Origin: Bacteroidales bacterium
Lineage (GTDB): Bacteria; Bacteroidota; Bacteroidia; Bacteroidales; UBA3663
Length of the DNA: 64,000 bases
Direction: 5' to 3'
NCBI GenBank assembly: GCA_045628525.1
Contig: JAZQPJ010000082.1
Coordinates: forward strand, 7,310 to 71,309
Positions 54,675 to 64,000 of the stretch are shown here, piece after piece (position 1 is the first letter of the stretch; each line of letters opens with the position of its first letter). A program made the position numbers and the translations under genes. The notes under the pieces were generated by a model, which saw only the letters and a program-made list of their open reading frames with translations, ran no database searches and was not told the DNA's origin.

Positions 54675-54729
54675 GACACAAATATTCGAAGAAAAAACGT
54701 CAAAAGACACAAATATTCGAAGAAAAAAC
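54675..54729 (+). promoter_or_regulatory. two perfect 24-bp direct repeats upstream of the SusC-like gene
   Basis: gacacaaatattcgaagaaaaaac occurs at 54675-54698 and 54706-54729 (31-bp period). A -7 box tatctttg lies at about 54823-54830. Confidence 0.5.
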
Positions 54730-54889
54730 CGATGTTTTCGTACTTTTTCACCTCCTTGCGTGTTAAAATGAATTCTTTTTTTTATTTTTTCACCTTTTTA
54801 TTTTTACATAATGAGAAGTTTTCTTATCTTTGCGGCATAGTTTTAAGCTTATACTAAATAATAACACACCTTTTTAATCAATTTTAAAA

Positions 54890-57800
54890 ATGAGAAAACA
54901 ACACATCTTAATGATGCTTTCGATGGGCGTCGTAGGTGGTCTTGCGGTTGTACCAACACCCGCCACAACCACTATGGCCATTGCCCAGTCGCAGAACATC
55001 TCGGTGAAGGGTCAGGTTGTTGACCCTAACGGTGAGCCACTCATTGGTGCTTCGATCAAGGTGAAGGGTACTACCAACGGTACCGTGACCGACCTGGACG
55101 GCAACTTTGAGTTGAACGCCCCAGGCAACGCCGTGCTCGAAATCAGTTATGTGGGTTACGAATCACGCGAGGTTGCCGTTCGCAACCGCGCCATCATCGA
55201 TCCTATCCAGCTGGAGGACGACAGCAAGACGCTTGATCAGGTAGTCGTAGTAGGTTACGGTACTCAGAAGAAGGCCGACCTCTCGGGCTCAGTAGCCATC
55301 GTCAATGCTGAGGAGATGAAGAAGGCTTCGAACTCAAACATCTCGACCATGCTCGAGGGTAAGGTTCCTGGCGTACAGATCACCTCTGACGGCCAGCCAG
55401 GTGCTGACCCATCGGTTCGCATCCGTGGTATCGGTTCGTTCGGCTCGACCGCCCCTCTCTACGTTATCGACGGCGTGCCAATGGGTACTTCGATCCGCGA
55501 CTTCTCGCCTAACGATATTGAGACCATCCAGATCCTCAAAGATGCTGCCGCAGGTGCCATCTACGGTTCGCGTGCTGCCAACGGCGTTGTGATCATCACC
55601 ACCAAGGGCGGCAAGAAGGAACAGCCTCTGAAGGTGGATTACAAGGGCTACTTCGGTGCAGACATTATCCCAGACAATGTATATGACGTGATGGATGCCA
55701 GCCAGTACAGCCACCATCTGGGCGTATCGGCACAGAACTCGGGCATACAGCTGCCAGGCGGCTACCATCTGGATTCGGCCACGGGCATCTACAAGTTCCA
55801 GGACAACACCAATACCAACTGGTTCGATGAGGTATTCAAGACCGGCATCCGCCAGAACCACAACGTAAACCTGAGCGGTGGTGGTGCCCACAACACCTAC
55901 AACATCGCACTCGACTACTATAATCAGAAGGGCACCCTCGAGGGCGCTGGTCCTAACTACGAGCGCTACACCGCACGTATCAACAACACGATGGACACCA
56001 AGTTCATCAAGTTCCGCACCAGCGTGACCTACTCGCACTCTGATCAGGACAACATGGGCCTCTCGAACGCTTCGGAGTACGTACAGGGCCTCTATGGCGA
56101 CGTGACCAACGTGCTGCGCGGCACCCTGCTGATGCAGCCTACCATCAAGGCATACGATCCTAACTCATGGGTACTCGACGACAAGGTAGGTTCGGCTGAC
56201 AGCTGGAACTACGATGCCTACGGCTATGGCGTATATTATGATAATGTACACGGTGACATCTCGGCTTCGAACCCATTGCTCGTGAACAACCTCCTGCAGC
56301 GCAACACCCTCGTGGACCGCATCGTGGCTACCGCTTCGGCTGATGTTGACCTGCTCGAAATGTTCAACATCAAGAGCAAGAACCACAAGCTGCACTACAA
56401 CATCAACCTGTCGTACAGCAAGACTCATGCTTCAGACTTCACCTTCATCTCGGCTTGGGTACAGAGTAACCGTGTATATCTCGACAAGTCGAACGAGCGT
56501 CTCACCAAGGGCTCACGCTCATACAGCGACGCCCTGATCGAGAACACCTTGACCTATGAGGGCAAGATCGGCAAGCACAACATCAACCTCATGGTAGGCC
56601 AGACCTACGAGGAGGAGCACACCAGCACCCTCACTGCCTGGGGCATCAACCTCAACGAGCCTTACTTCCTGCAGATCCAGAACGCCAAGGACACCCACGG
56701 CGAGTCTTGGGACTGGCCTCACGCCATGTCTTCACAGCTGGCTCGTTTGAACTATAATTTCGATGAGCGCTACCTCCTGTCGGCCATCGTTCGTCGCGAC
56801 GGTAGCTCACGCCTCGATCCAACCGACCGCTTCGACATCTTCCCATCTATCTCTGGTGCATGGCGTATCGACCGTGAGTCGTTCTTCCCTGTTGACGACC
56901 ACATCGTGAACCTCCTGAAGATCCGTGGCAGCTACGGTGTGCTCGGTAGCGAGAACATCGGCGAGTTCCAGTATCTCGCCACCATGATGCGCAACAACAT
57001 GACCTATAGCTTCGGCAACACTCCAATCACCGGTTCGGCCGTTTCGACCTTCGTGAACGAGAAGATCCGCTGGGAGAAGAAGAAGACTGCCAACGTAGGT
57101 ATCGACCTCGCTATGTTCAACAACCGCTTCGAGTTCACAGCCGAGTGGTACAAGAACATCTCAGAGGACCTCTTGACCGGAGTGCCTGTTCCTACCCAGG
57201 CAGGTGTATCGAACGGTTCGGTAACCATGAACGCTGCAACGATGGAGAACAGCGGTCTTGAGTTCTCGGCCACTTACCGCAACCATGATCATGCCCTGAA
57301 GTATGACATCTCGGCCAACTTGAGCACCCTGAACAACAAGGTGACCTCGCTCGGCTTCGGTACCAACTCACGCATCGACGGTGCCTACAAGACCGAGGTT
57401 GGTGAGGAGATTGGCCGCTTCTACGGCTGGAAGTACCAGGGCATTGCCCGCACTCAGTCTGACCTCGACAACCATGCCACCCAGGCTGGTGCCCAGATCG
57501 GTGACTGCCTCTATGAGGATGTCAATGGTGACGGCATCATCAACGCCGATGACCAGGTGATCCTCGGCAGCGGTCTGCCAGGCATCAACTATGGCTTGAA
57601 CCTGCACATGGAGTACAAGGGCCTCGACCTCAGCATCGCAACCTTCGGCGCACTCGACTACCATGTATCAGACGACATCTACAACAGCCTCAACTCATGC
57701 TACGGCTGGGGCAACAAGGACGTAGAGATGCTCAAGGCTAACGTATTCTCAGAGGATGGCCAGACTTACCTCTCAAGCGTGCCACGCACCTACATCGACC

Positions 57801-58093
57801 GTCCTGCCGGCGCCAGCGAGAACTGGAACGACCTCTTCAGCGACCGCAAGATTCAGAATGCTGCCTACTGGAAGATCGCCAACGTTGAGCTGGGTTACAA
57901 CTTCAAGGACAAGTGGTTTGGCGGCTACGTGAGCGGAGTTCGCGTATATGTATCGGCTCAGAACCTCTACACCTTCACGGGCTATAAGGGCTACAACGTC
58001 GATTACGCTGGCGGCACCTTCACCCCTGGCTACAACTTCTGTTCGTTCCCAACCCCACGCACCTTCATGTGTGGCCTCAACGTTTCGTTCTAA
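54890..58093 (+). CDS. SusC/RagA-family TonB-dependent outer-membrane transporter
   Basis: Carboxypeptidase-regulatory-like domain (GQVVDPNGEPLIGASIKVKGTTNGTVTDLDGNFEL), plug motif VVVVGYGTQKKADLSGSV, and a terminal F. Confidence 0.9.
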   Translation: MRKQHILMMLSMGVVGGLAVVPTPATTTMAIAQSQNISVKGQVVDPNGEPLIGASIKVKGTTNGTVTDLDGNFELNAPGNAVLEISYVGYESREVAVRNRAIIDPIQLEDDSKTLDQVVVVGYGTQKKADLSGSVAIVNAEEMKKASNSNISTMLEGKVPGVQITSDGQPGADPSVRIRGIGSFGSTAPLYVIDGVPMGTSIRDFSPNDIETIQILKDAAAGAIYGSRAANGVVIITTKGGKKEQPLKVDYKGYFGADIIPDNVYDVMDASQYSHHLGVSAQNSGIQLPGGYHLDSATGIYKFQDNTNTNWFDEVFKTGIRQNHNVNLSGGGAHNTYNIALDYYNQKGTLEGAGPNYERYTARINNTMDTKFIKFRTSVTYSHSDQDNMGLSNASEYVQGLYGDVTNVLRGTLLMQPTIKAYDPNSWVLDDKVGSADSWNYDAYGYGVYYDNVHGDISASNPLLVNNLLQRNTLVDRIVATASADVDLLEMFNIKSKNHKLHYNINLSYSKTHASDFTFISAWVQSNRVYLDKSNERLTKGSRSYSDALIENTLTYEGKIGKHNINLMVGQTYEEEHTSTLTAWGINLNEPYFLQIQNAKDTHGESWDWPHAMSSQLARLNYNFDERYLLSAIVRRDGSSRLDPTDRFDIFPSISGAWRIDRESFFPVDDHIVNLLKIRGSYGVLGSENIGEFQYLATMMRNNMTYSFGNTPITGSAVSTFVNEKIRWEKKKTANVGIDLAMFNNRFEFTAEWYKNISEDLLTGVPVPTQAGVSNGSVTMNAATMENSGLEFSATYRNHDHALKYDISANLSTLNNKVTSLGFGTNSRIDGAYKTEVGEEIGRFYGWKYQGIARTQSDLDNHATQAGAQIGDCLYEDVNGDGIINADDQVILGSGLPGINYGLNLHMEYKGLDLSIATFGALDYHVSDDIYNSLNSCYGWGNKDVEMLKANVFSEDGQTYLSSVPRTYIDRPAGASENWNDLFSDRKIQNAAYWKIANVELGYNFKDKWFGGYVSGVRVYVSAQNLYTFTGYKGYNVDYAGGTFTPGYNFCSFPTPRTFMCGLNVSF

Positions 58094-58115
58094 TATAATA
58101 TAAGGAATATCATAT

Positions 58116-59867
58116 ATGAAACTATATAAGATTCTCCCCGCCCTGGCAATGGGCATCGGCGCAATGACCTCTTGCGACGATATGCTGGATATGTCAAATC
58201 CTAACCAGCAGACCACAGGCACCTTCGGCTACACCGCCGCCGACCTGGAGGAATGCGTCATCGCCGCCTACAACCACACCCGCATGGAGGGTTCGTATGG
58301 CCGCGTGGGCTACAACATCGACGTATGCCGTGGTGATGAGGCATGGAACTCGTCACAGGTATGGTACCTGCCATTCGATGACCTCAACGTATCCGTCCTC
58401 GACGAGATCTGCATGTGGTCATGGCGCGAGTGGTACTACACCATCAACGTCTGCAACTTCGTAACCACCCGCTGTGGTGAGGACAACAGCGCCCTGAGCG
58501 AGCAGATGCGTCGCATCAAGGGTCAGGCCCTCTTCCTCCGTGGTCTGTCATACTTCAATCTGGCTGTTTACTACCAGAACCCATCGATCATCACCGACTA
58601 TGCCCAGTATTCTGACCTCAACACCCTGTACGGCACCAACAGCTCGTATGACGAGGTGCTCGACCAGGTGGAGAAGGACATGAAGGAGGCCATGGAACTG
58701 CTGCCAACCCGCGACGAGGGCGGCGAATGGGCCAAGGGTCGCGCCACCCAGGGTGCTGCTGCCGGCTATCTGGCTCGTACCTTGATGCAGCGTCATAAGT
58801 TCCAGGAGGCTCTCACCATCCTCAAGGGCATCATCGGCAAGCAGTATGGCACCTACCAGCTTGTGGCCAACTATGGCGACAACTTCCGTGAGGGCGCTGC
58901 CTACGAGAACAATATCGAGTCACTCTACGAGGTACAGTTCCTCGACAAGAACGAGCAGGGCACCGACGACGAGTGGACACCAGTCAACACCTCGCCTAAC
59001 GCCACCCAAGGCTCGGCCATCGAGTCGAACTTCGCTCCTGGCTCTATCGGCGGTTGGGCAGATATCTCTGCCTCGCCTTGGCTCTATGAGCTCTTCAAGG
59101 CCGAGAAGACTACCGACGGCAAGCTCGATCCACGTCTCTACTGGACCATCGGCACCTACGAGATCGACTGGGAGGGCTTCGAGTTCGGCAACGTATGCTA
59201 CACCGAGCCAATGTCTGCCGACAACATCATCGTGACCAACAACAACAATGGTGGCCTGCCTATTGCCAAGTGGACTCACTTCCGCACCGGCGAGTACGAC
59301 AAGGTGGTTACCGGTCTGCATGACGGCATCAACCTGCGTATGATGCGCTATTCTGACGTATTGCTCCGCGCCGCTGAGTGCGAGAACGAAGTGAATGGCC
59401 CAACACAGCAGGCTATCGACTGGATCAACGAGGTACGTCGTCGCGCCAAGTTGGCCGACCTCAAGCTGGCTGACTTCAACACCGCAGACAAGCTCTTCGA
59501 GCAGATTGCCAACGTGGAGCGTCCTAAGGAGTTCGGCTGCGAGTATGGCCGTGGCGTGGATCTGCTCCGCTGGGGCTGGTTCTACGACAGCGCCCGTCTG
59601 CAGCAGCTCAAGGAGCACGGCACCTTCCTCCGCTCGAACGACCCTGCCGAGGCCAAGGATCCTGTCTATTACCACATGATGGGCGACGACGATCGCATCA
59701 AGAGTTCATACGACAGCTTCAAGCCAGGCCACGAGTTCCTGCCTATCTATCAGGGCACGCTCAACGCCAATCCTAACCTCACGGGCAACTCGGCTAACCT
59801 CGACATCGACAACAGCGAGTACTTCCGCAGCAACGGCTGGACCGTTCGTCCTGTAGTTAAACTCTAA
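58116..59867 (+). CDS. SusD/RagB-family glycan-binding lipoprotein
   Basis: Lipobox MTSC directly after SusC, TPR-like helical composition, 583 aa. Confidence 0.9.
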   Translation: MKLYKILPALAMGIGAMTSCDDMLDMSNPNQQTTGTFGYTAADLEECVIAAYNHTRMEGSYGRVGYNIDVCRGDEAWNSSQVWYLPFDDLNVSVLDEICMWSWREWYYTINVCNFVTTRCGEDNSALSEQMRRIKGQALFLRGLSYFNLAVYYQNPSIITDYAQYSDLNTLYGTNSSYDEVLDQVEKDMKEAMELLPTRDEGGEWAKGRATQGAAAGYLARTLMQRHKFQEALTILKGIIGKQYGTYQLVANYGDNFREGAAYENNIESLYEVQFLDKNEQGTDDEWTPVNTSPNATQGSAIESNFAPGSIGGWADISASPWLYELFKAEKTTDGKLDPRLYWTIGTYEIDWEGFEFGNVCYTEPMSADNIIVTNNNNGGLPIAKWTHFRTGEYDKVVTGLHDGINLRMMRYSDVLLRAAECENEVNGPTQQAIDWINEVRRRAKLADLKLADFNTADKLFEQIANVERPKEFGCEYGRGVDLLRWGWFYDSARLQQLKEHGTFLRSNDPAEAKDPVYYHMMGDDDRIKSSYDSFKPGHEFLPIYQGTLNANPNLTGNSANLDIDNSEYFRSNGWTVRPVVKL

Positions 59868-59884
59868 AACATTAAAACGACACT

Positions 59885-61828
59885 ATGAGACATCTCAATA
59901 AAATGGCATCCCTCGTGGGTGCAACCATGGGTCTGTTCGCGCTTGCCAGCTGCGAGGGCGGAGACCTCTACGAACTGGATGCTCCTGACTGGATCGCGCA
60001 GAAGGTTGACTCTATTGCCAACAACAAGCCACAGGGCGGCGACATCGAGCTCGAGGGCATGATGGAGGACGTTTACACCATCGGTGCCACCGACTATTCT
60101 ACCGGCTGGTGGGCACAGTTCTCAAAGGACTATGTCATCCCTGACGGCCAGGTTTGGAACGCACAGTTCAACCTCAACATCAACCCTGCCGCCACCAACA
60201 CCTACAAGAACTTCGCACTCATCGTGACCAACGACGTGCATCGTGGCGATGCCGGCTACACCGAGTATGGTGCCTGCCGTTTCGACCACCAGCCAAGCGG
60301 CAACTCCGAGTGGGGCGACGTTTACTTCGAGGCACACCGTGGCGACGTTACCAGTTCGCTCACCTTCGGTTCTGACACCGATCCTGGCGTTGACAAGCTC
60401 GGCGGCAAGGTGACCCTCACCATCGACCGCAGCATCCCTGATGCCTTCGTCATCAACATCACCAATGGCACTGTCACCAAGACCATGCATATCGCAGAGT
60501 CATTGCCTAACATCAACGAGGATCCATCGAACACCAACATCCGCGCATTCCTGGTTGTCGAGGGCTCTTACATCAACTTCCTTTCGACCAACATCGAGCC
60601 AATCGGTGGTTGCACCTCAGCTGATGACAAGCAGCCTCTCTCAATGGAGCTGAAGAACATGCCTAAGAAGGTGCTCCTCGGCACCAATGTTGAGGAAGCA
60701 TTCGCCAACCTCGGCGCTGTAGTCAACTTCGAGACTGGCGTTTCGAAGGAGGTTAAGGCCGAAGACCTCACCTACTCTATCATTCCTGACATGGAGACCC
60801 TGGGCCAGAAGCAGATTCTCGTGATTTACAACAAGACCTTCAAGGGTGAGAACTGCGATACTCCTATCTTCTCTATGGTCAACTTCGAGGTTGTCGATAA
60901 GCTCTACACCTCAATCGGTGCATCCGACAACTCTACCCCATTCTGGGGCGCTCACTCTGAGAACGTCAAGGTTGAGCCAGGCGAGACCTTCGTCTCTTAC
61001 TTCACCAACTACACCTGTGGTGCAAGCAACTGGAACAACTTCTGCGTAGTCCTCGTTCGCGAAGACAATTCTGAGTATGCTGTGGTTCGTGCCGACAACT
61101 ATGGTTGGGGCGCTGGCTACGAGGGCAATGCTGGCCTCGTAACCTCAGGCGGTCAGCAGGATTGGGGCGCATGGCTCGCTGCCATGGATGGCGCCAAGGT
61201 TACTACCTACATCACCAACAATGGCGATGGCACAGCCGACGTCAAGGCAGTAATGCTCGGCAACGATGGCGTGACATACAACCAGGAGTACCTCGGCATC
61301 AACACCATCGATCCAGACAACTTCTACTTCCGCTACACCGTGGATGGCAGCCACATCGAGTTCGACAATGTAGTAGGCGCAGAGGACAACACCACAGGCT
61401 TCTGGGGTGCTCACTCAGAGAACCAGCTCGTGCCTGCAGGCAAGACTGTCTCTACCCAGTTCATCAACTACACCTGCGGTGCAAGCAACTGGAACAACTT
61501 CTGCGTAGTCCTCGTTCGCGATGACAACTCAGAGTATGCTGTAGTTCGTGCTGACAACTATGGTTGGGGCGCTGGCTATGAGGGCAACGACGGCCTCGTC
61601 ACCTCAGGCGGTCAGCAGGATTGGGGTGCTTGGCTCGCCGCTATGGACGAAGCTAAGGTTAAGGTCTCAGTCACCAACAATGCCGATGGCACTGCCGATG
61701 TTGACATCATCATGCTCGGCAACGATGGCATGACCTACACCCAGTTCTACCATGGCATCAACACCGTCGATGTGGACAACCTCTGGTTCCGCATGACCGT
61801 CGATGGCAGCCACATGGTATTCGAATAA
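59885..61828 (+). CDS. surface glycan-binding lipoprotein (SusE/F position) with an internal tandem domain duplication
   Basis: Lipobox LASC and third position in the PUL. Two copies of 153 codons (60941-61399 and 61400-61825) share long identical stretches. Confidence 0.5.
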   Translation: MRHLNKMASLVGATMGLFALASCEGGDLYELDAPDWIAQKVDSIANNKPQGGDIELEGMMEDVYTIGATDYSTGWWAQFSKDYVIPDGQVWNAQFNLNINPAATNTYKNFALIVTNDVHRGDAGYTEYGACRFDHQPSGNSEWGDVYFEAHRGDVTSSLTFGSDTDPGVDKLGGKVTLTIDRSIPDAFVINITNGTVTKTMHIAESLPNINEDPSNTNIRAFLVVEGSYINFLSTNIEPIGGCTSADDKQPLSMELKNMPKKVLLGTNVEEAFANLGAVVNFETGVSKEVKAEDLTYSIIPDMETLGQKQILVIYNKTFKGENCDTPIFSMVNFEVVDKLYTSIGASDNSTPFWGAHSENVKVEPGETFVSYFTNYTCGASNWNNFCVVLVREDNSEYAVVRADNYGWGAGYEGNAGLVTSGGQQDWGAWLAAMDGAKVTTYITNNGDGTADVKAVMLGNDGVTYNQEYLGINTIDPDNFYFRYTVDGSHIEFDNVVGAEDNTTGFWGAHSENQLVPAGKTVSTQFINYTCGASNWNNFCVVLVRDDNSEYAVVRADNYGWGAGYEGNDGLVTSGGQQDWGAWLAAMDEAKVKVSVTNNADGTADVDIIMLGNDGMTYTQFYHGINTVDVDNLWFRMTVDGSHMVFE

Positions 61829-61879
61829 GCCACTTCGAGCATCATCGCCCGCCGATGGATGCTTAGCAGAAAAATGAGC

Positions 61880-61920
61880 GGGGAAGTCTCCTCCATGGCG
61901 GCTTCCCCTTTATACTTTTT
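61880..61920 (+). terminator. possible terminator after the SGBP gene
   Basis: ggggaag ... cttcccc stem followed by tttatacttttt. Confidence 0.45.
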
Positions 61921-62134
61921 ATTCCACAAGTGAAATCTAAGATGAACATTGTTTTCATCTGGTTTCTATGATGGAATTAAATATTGACTCAACTTTCGCA
62001 AGTGACTCAAGTTGTTAGTTTTGAGTGGAGAGTTTTGAATGGAGAGTTTAGGGTTCAGAGCAGTTCGTTAGAGAATAGTCCTATAGTTGTTTAGCAGCAG
62101 GGCACTACTTAGCTCCAAAACTTCACACTACTCT

Positions 62135-62211
62135 TAATCTCTAATCTCTGAGCACTAATCTCTAATCTCTAATCTCTAATCACTGAGCACTAATCTCTCA
62201 GAGCTAATGCG
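62135..62211 (+). repeat. 77-bp tract in strict 7-nt register (11 heptads)
   Basis: taatctc taatctc tgagcac taatctc taatctc taatctc taatcac tgagcac taatctc tcagagc taatgcg. It ends 27 nt before the GH43 start codon. Confidence 0.8.
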
Positions 62212-62237
62212 AAATTTCAGTAATTGAATGATTCAAC

Positions 62238-63986
62238 ATGAAAAAAATCTTATACCTCGCTCTTGGCCTCTCGGCCAGCCTTGTGATCTCTTCATGTGGC
62301 GGCGGTGACGATGACCCTATCCTCAACCCCGTGAATCCCAATGGCGGCACCCAAGGCGGAGGAAGCAATAACAACGGAGGCGGCGACAATGGCGGCAACA
62401 ATGGTGGTGAAAATAATGGTGGTGGTGGCGGTTCGACCACAACACCAGAAGACTATACTGCACCTACCTACGATGACTACTATATTGACGTCGCTGACTG
62501 GACCAAGCGTTCCAAGTGGAACTTGGCCAACGTACACGACCCAAGTGTCATGCTCGCTGACGACGGCTATTACTATATGTACCAGACCGATGCCAGCTAC
62601 GGCAATGCCCACATGGGCAAGGGACACTTCTTCTGCCGCCGCTCCAAGGACCTGGTCAACTGGGAGTTCCTCAGTGCCACGATGAAGACGGCCCCAGCGT
62701 GGATGAAGGACAAGGTGAACGAGATCCGTGCCAACATAGGCCTCGGCGCCACCAGCATCAACTTCAACGGCGACGACATCGGCTATTGGGCACCAACCGT
62801 GCGCAAGGTTTCGTCGAACCTCTACCGCATGTACTACTCCATCAACCTGCCCACCATGGGCGCCAGCAATGACAACATGACCGATGCCACCTTCAACCCG
62901 AACCTCATCGGCATGATGGAGACCAACGATCCATCCAAGGTTGACTCATGGCAGGACAAGGGCTACGTCATCTGCCAGTATTCCGACCAGGGCAAGAGCT
63001 ACAAGGGCAAGAGCATCTGGGGCGGCTACTGGAAGTACAACGCCATCGACCCCTCGTACATCATCACCCCTGAGGGTCAGCATTGGCTCATCTACGGCTC
63101 ATGGCACAGCGGCTTCGCTGCCGTGGAGCTCGACCCCGTCACCGGCTACACCAAGACCGAGCTGGGCGATCCATGGGGCTCGGCCAACGAGGCTGCCTAC
63201 GGCAAGCGCGTCTTCACCCGCGTGAATGGCGACCGCTGGCAGGGCAGCGAGGGTCCGGAGGTGGTCTATCACGATGGCTATTACTATATGTTCATCGCGT
63301 ACGGACAGCTCGCACATGCCTACCACACCCGCGTGGTGCGCTCGGAGAAAATCGATGGCCCTTACAAGGACTACACCGGCAAGGACTTCACCAATGGTCA
63401 GGCAGGCGGCACCGCCTATCCTGCTGTCACTCATCCATATAAGTTCGGCAAGGATCACGGCTGGGAGGGCATCAGCCATTGTGCCGTGTGGGACGATGGC
63501 AAGGGTAACTACTACTACTCGTCGCAGCAGCGCTTCCCCGACAACTATAAGAACAACGCCTACAGCAACGCCCTGATGATGGGTGCCGTGCGTTCCATCG
63601 TCTGGACGTCCGACGGCTGGCCACTCGTACTGCCCGAGCGCTACGGTGCCGTGCCACAATCGGCCATCACCACCGCCGACCTCGCCGGCAACTGGCAGCA
63701 CATCAACATCGGTGGCTGCAGCGCCATCTGGGACAACGACTGCAAGAAGGATGCCTCCGTCGACATCGTCCTCTCGAGCGACGGCACCGTCTCGGCCGAC
63801 TCCAAGTGGAGTGCCGGCAAGTCGTGGAGCTTCGATGCCTCGAAGAACATCCTCACCATCGGCGACGTCAAGCTCTACCTCAAGCGCGAGCTCGACTGGG
63901 AAGCCTCACCCCGCGTCCCCACCATCGTCTATGTTGGCCTCTCGGCCGACGGCAAGACCACGTTCTGGGGCAAGAAAGTTGAATAA
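62238..63986 (+). CDS. glycoside hydrolase family 43 lipoprotein (arabinanase-like)
   Basis: Lipobox ISSC, a Gly/Asn-rich linker (GGTQGGGSNNNGGGDNGGNNGGENNGGGGGS), and GH43 motifs VHDPSV, YWAPTV and EGPEVVYHDGYYYMF. Confidence 0.85.
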   Translation: MKKILYLALGLSASLVISSCGGGDDDPILNPVNPNGGTQGGGSNNNGGGDNGGNNGGENNGGGGGSTTTPEDYTAPTYDDYYIDVADWTKRSKWNLANVHDPSVMLADDGYYYMYQTDASYGNAHMGKGHFFCRRSKDLVNWEFLSATMKTAPAWMKDKVNEIRANIGLGATSINFNGDDIGYWAPTVRKVSSNLYRMYYSINLPTMGASNDNMTDATFNPNLIGMMETNDPSKVDSWQDKGYVICQYSDQGKSYKGKSIWGGYWKYNAIDPSYIITPEGQHWLIYGSWHSGFAAVELDPVTGYTKTELGDPWGSANEAAYGKRVFTRVNGDRWQGSEGPEVVYHDGYYYMFIAYGQLAHAYHTRVVRSEKIDGPYKDYTGKDFTNGQAGGTAYPAVTHPYKFGKDHGWEGISHCAVWDDGKGNYYYSSQQRFPDNYKNNAYSNALMMGAVRSIVWTSDGWPLVLPERYGAVPQSAITTADLAGNWQHINIGGCSAIWDNDCKKDASVDIVLSSDGTVSADSKWSAGKSWSFDASKNILTIGDVKLYLKRELDWEASPRVPTIVYVGLSADGKTTFWGKKVE

Positions 63987-64000
63987 AGCCCCCCTCAACT

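Noticed and set aside
62204-62440. A 78-aa minus-strand ORF rich in Pro (PPPPLFSPPLLPPLSPPPLLLLPPP).
   Set aside because: It is the antisense translation of the Gly/Asn-rich linker of the GH43 lipoprotein and is a composition artefact.

Overview
The window reads as a chromosomal segment of a Bacteroidota genome, probably Prevotella-like. That is an inference from four things: SusC/SusD pairs, several proteins ending in T9SS-type C-terminal sorting domains, many TAnnTTTG -7 promoter boxes placed before start codons, and strongly GC-rich third codon positions.

Most of the window is housekeeping. It carries uvrD-type helicase, tig, gyrB, rpsT and recO. It also carries a beta-carbonic anhydrase, a 5'-nucleotidase, a GH3/beta-lactamase-family fusion and an oadG/A/B-type Na+-decarboxylase operon. 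Further on are an NAD(P)HX dehydratase, a GH3 enzyme, ferritin, an SSF symporter, a nitroreductase, ogt, an OmpH-like protein and pepD. The last housekeeping block is dnaN-exonuclease-DUF4835-recN, an M64 peptidase, an LruC-like lipoprotein and a LOG-family protein.

Three accessory regions stand out:

1. An approximately 8.3-kb mosaic defence island (about 8281-16616) lies between recO and the carbonic anhydrase gene, and its central part is visibly AT-rich. It carries a WYL regulator, an ADP-ribosylglycohydrolase, an orphan antitoxin with a truncated RelE/ParE remnant, an MNT/HepT pair, an atypical McrBC, a DUF5053-like small gene and a lone vWA protein. A reiterated promoter cassette of about 55 bp punctuates the island, and palindromes sharing a GTCCGACCTGGT core flank it.
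2. A four-gene cluster of T9SS cargo paralogues (28842-39526) is arranged A-B / B'-A'. A 273-bp element with terminal inverted repeats and five 43-bp tandem units splits the cluster.
3. A SusC/SusD/surface-glycan-binding/GH43 polysaccharide utilisation locus occupies 54890-63986.

Several unusual hairpins are scattered through the window. Their arms are built from tandem 7-9-nt units, and one sits in frame inside the symporter gene.

I saw no rRNA, tRNA, CRISPR array, integrase or transposase. All family calls rest on motifs read by eye, not on searches.
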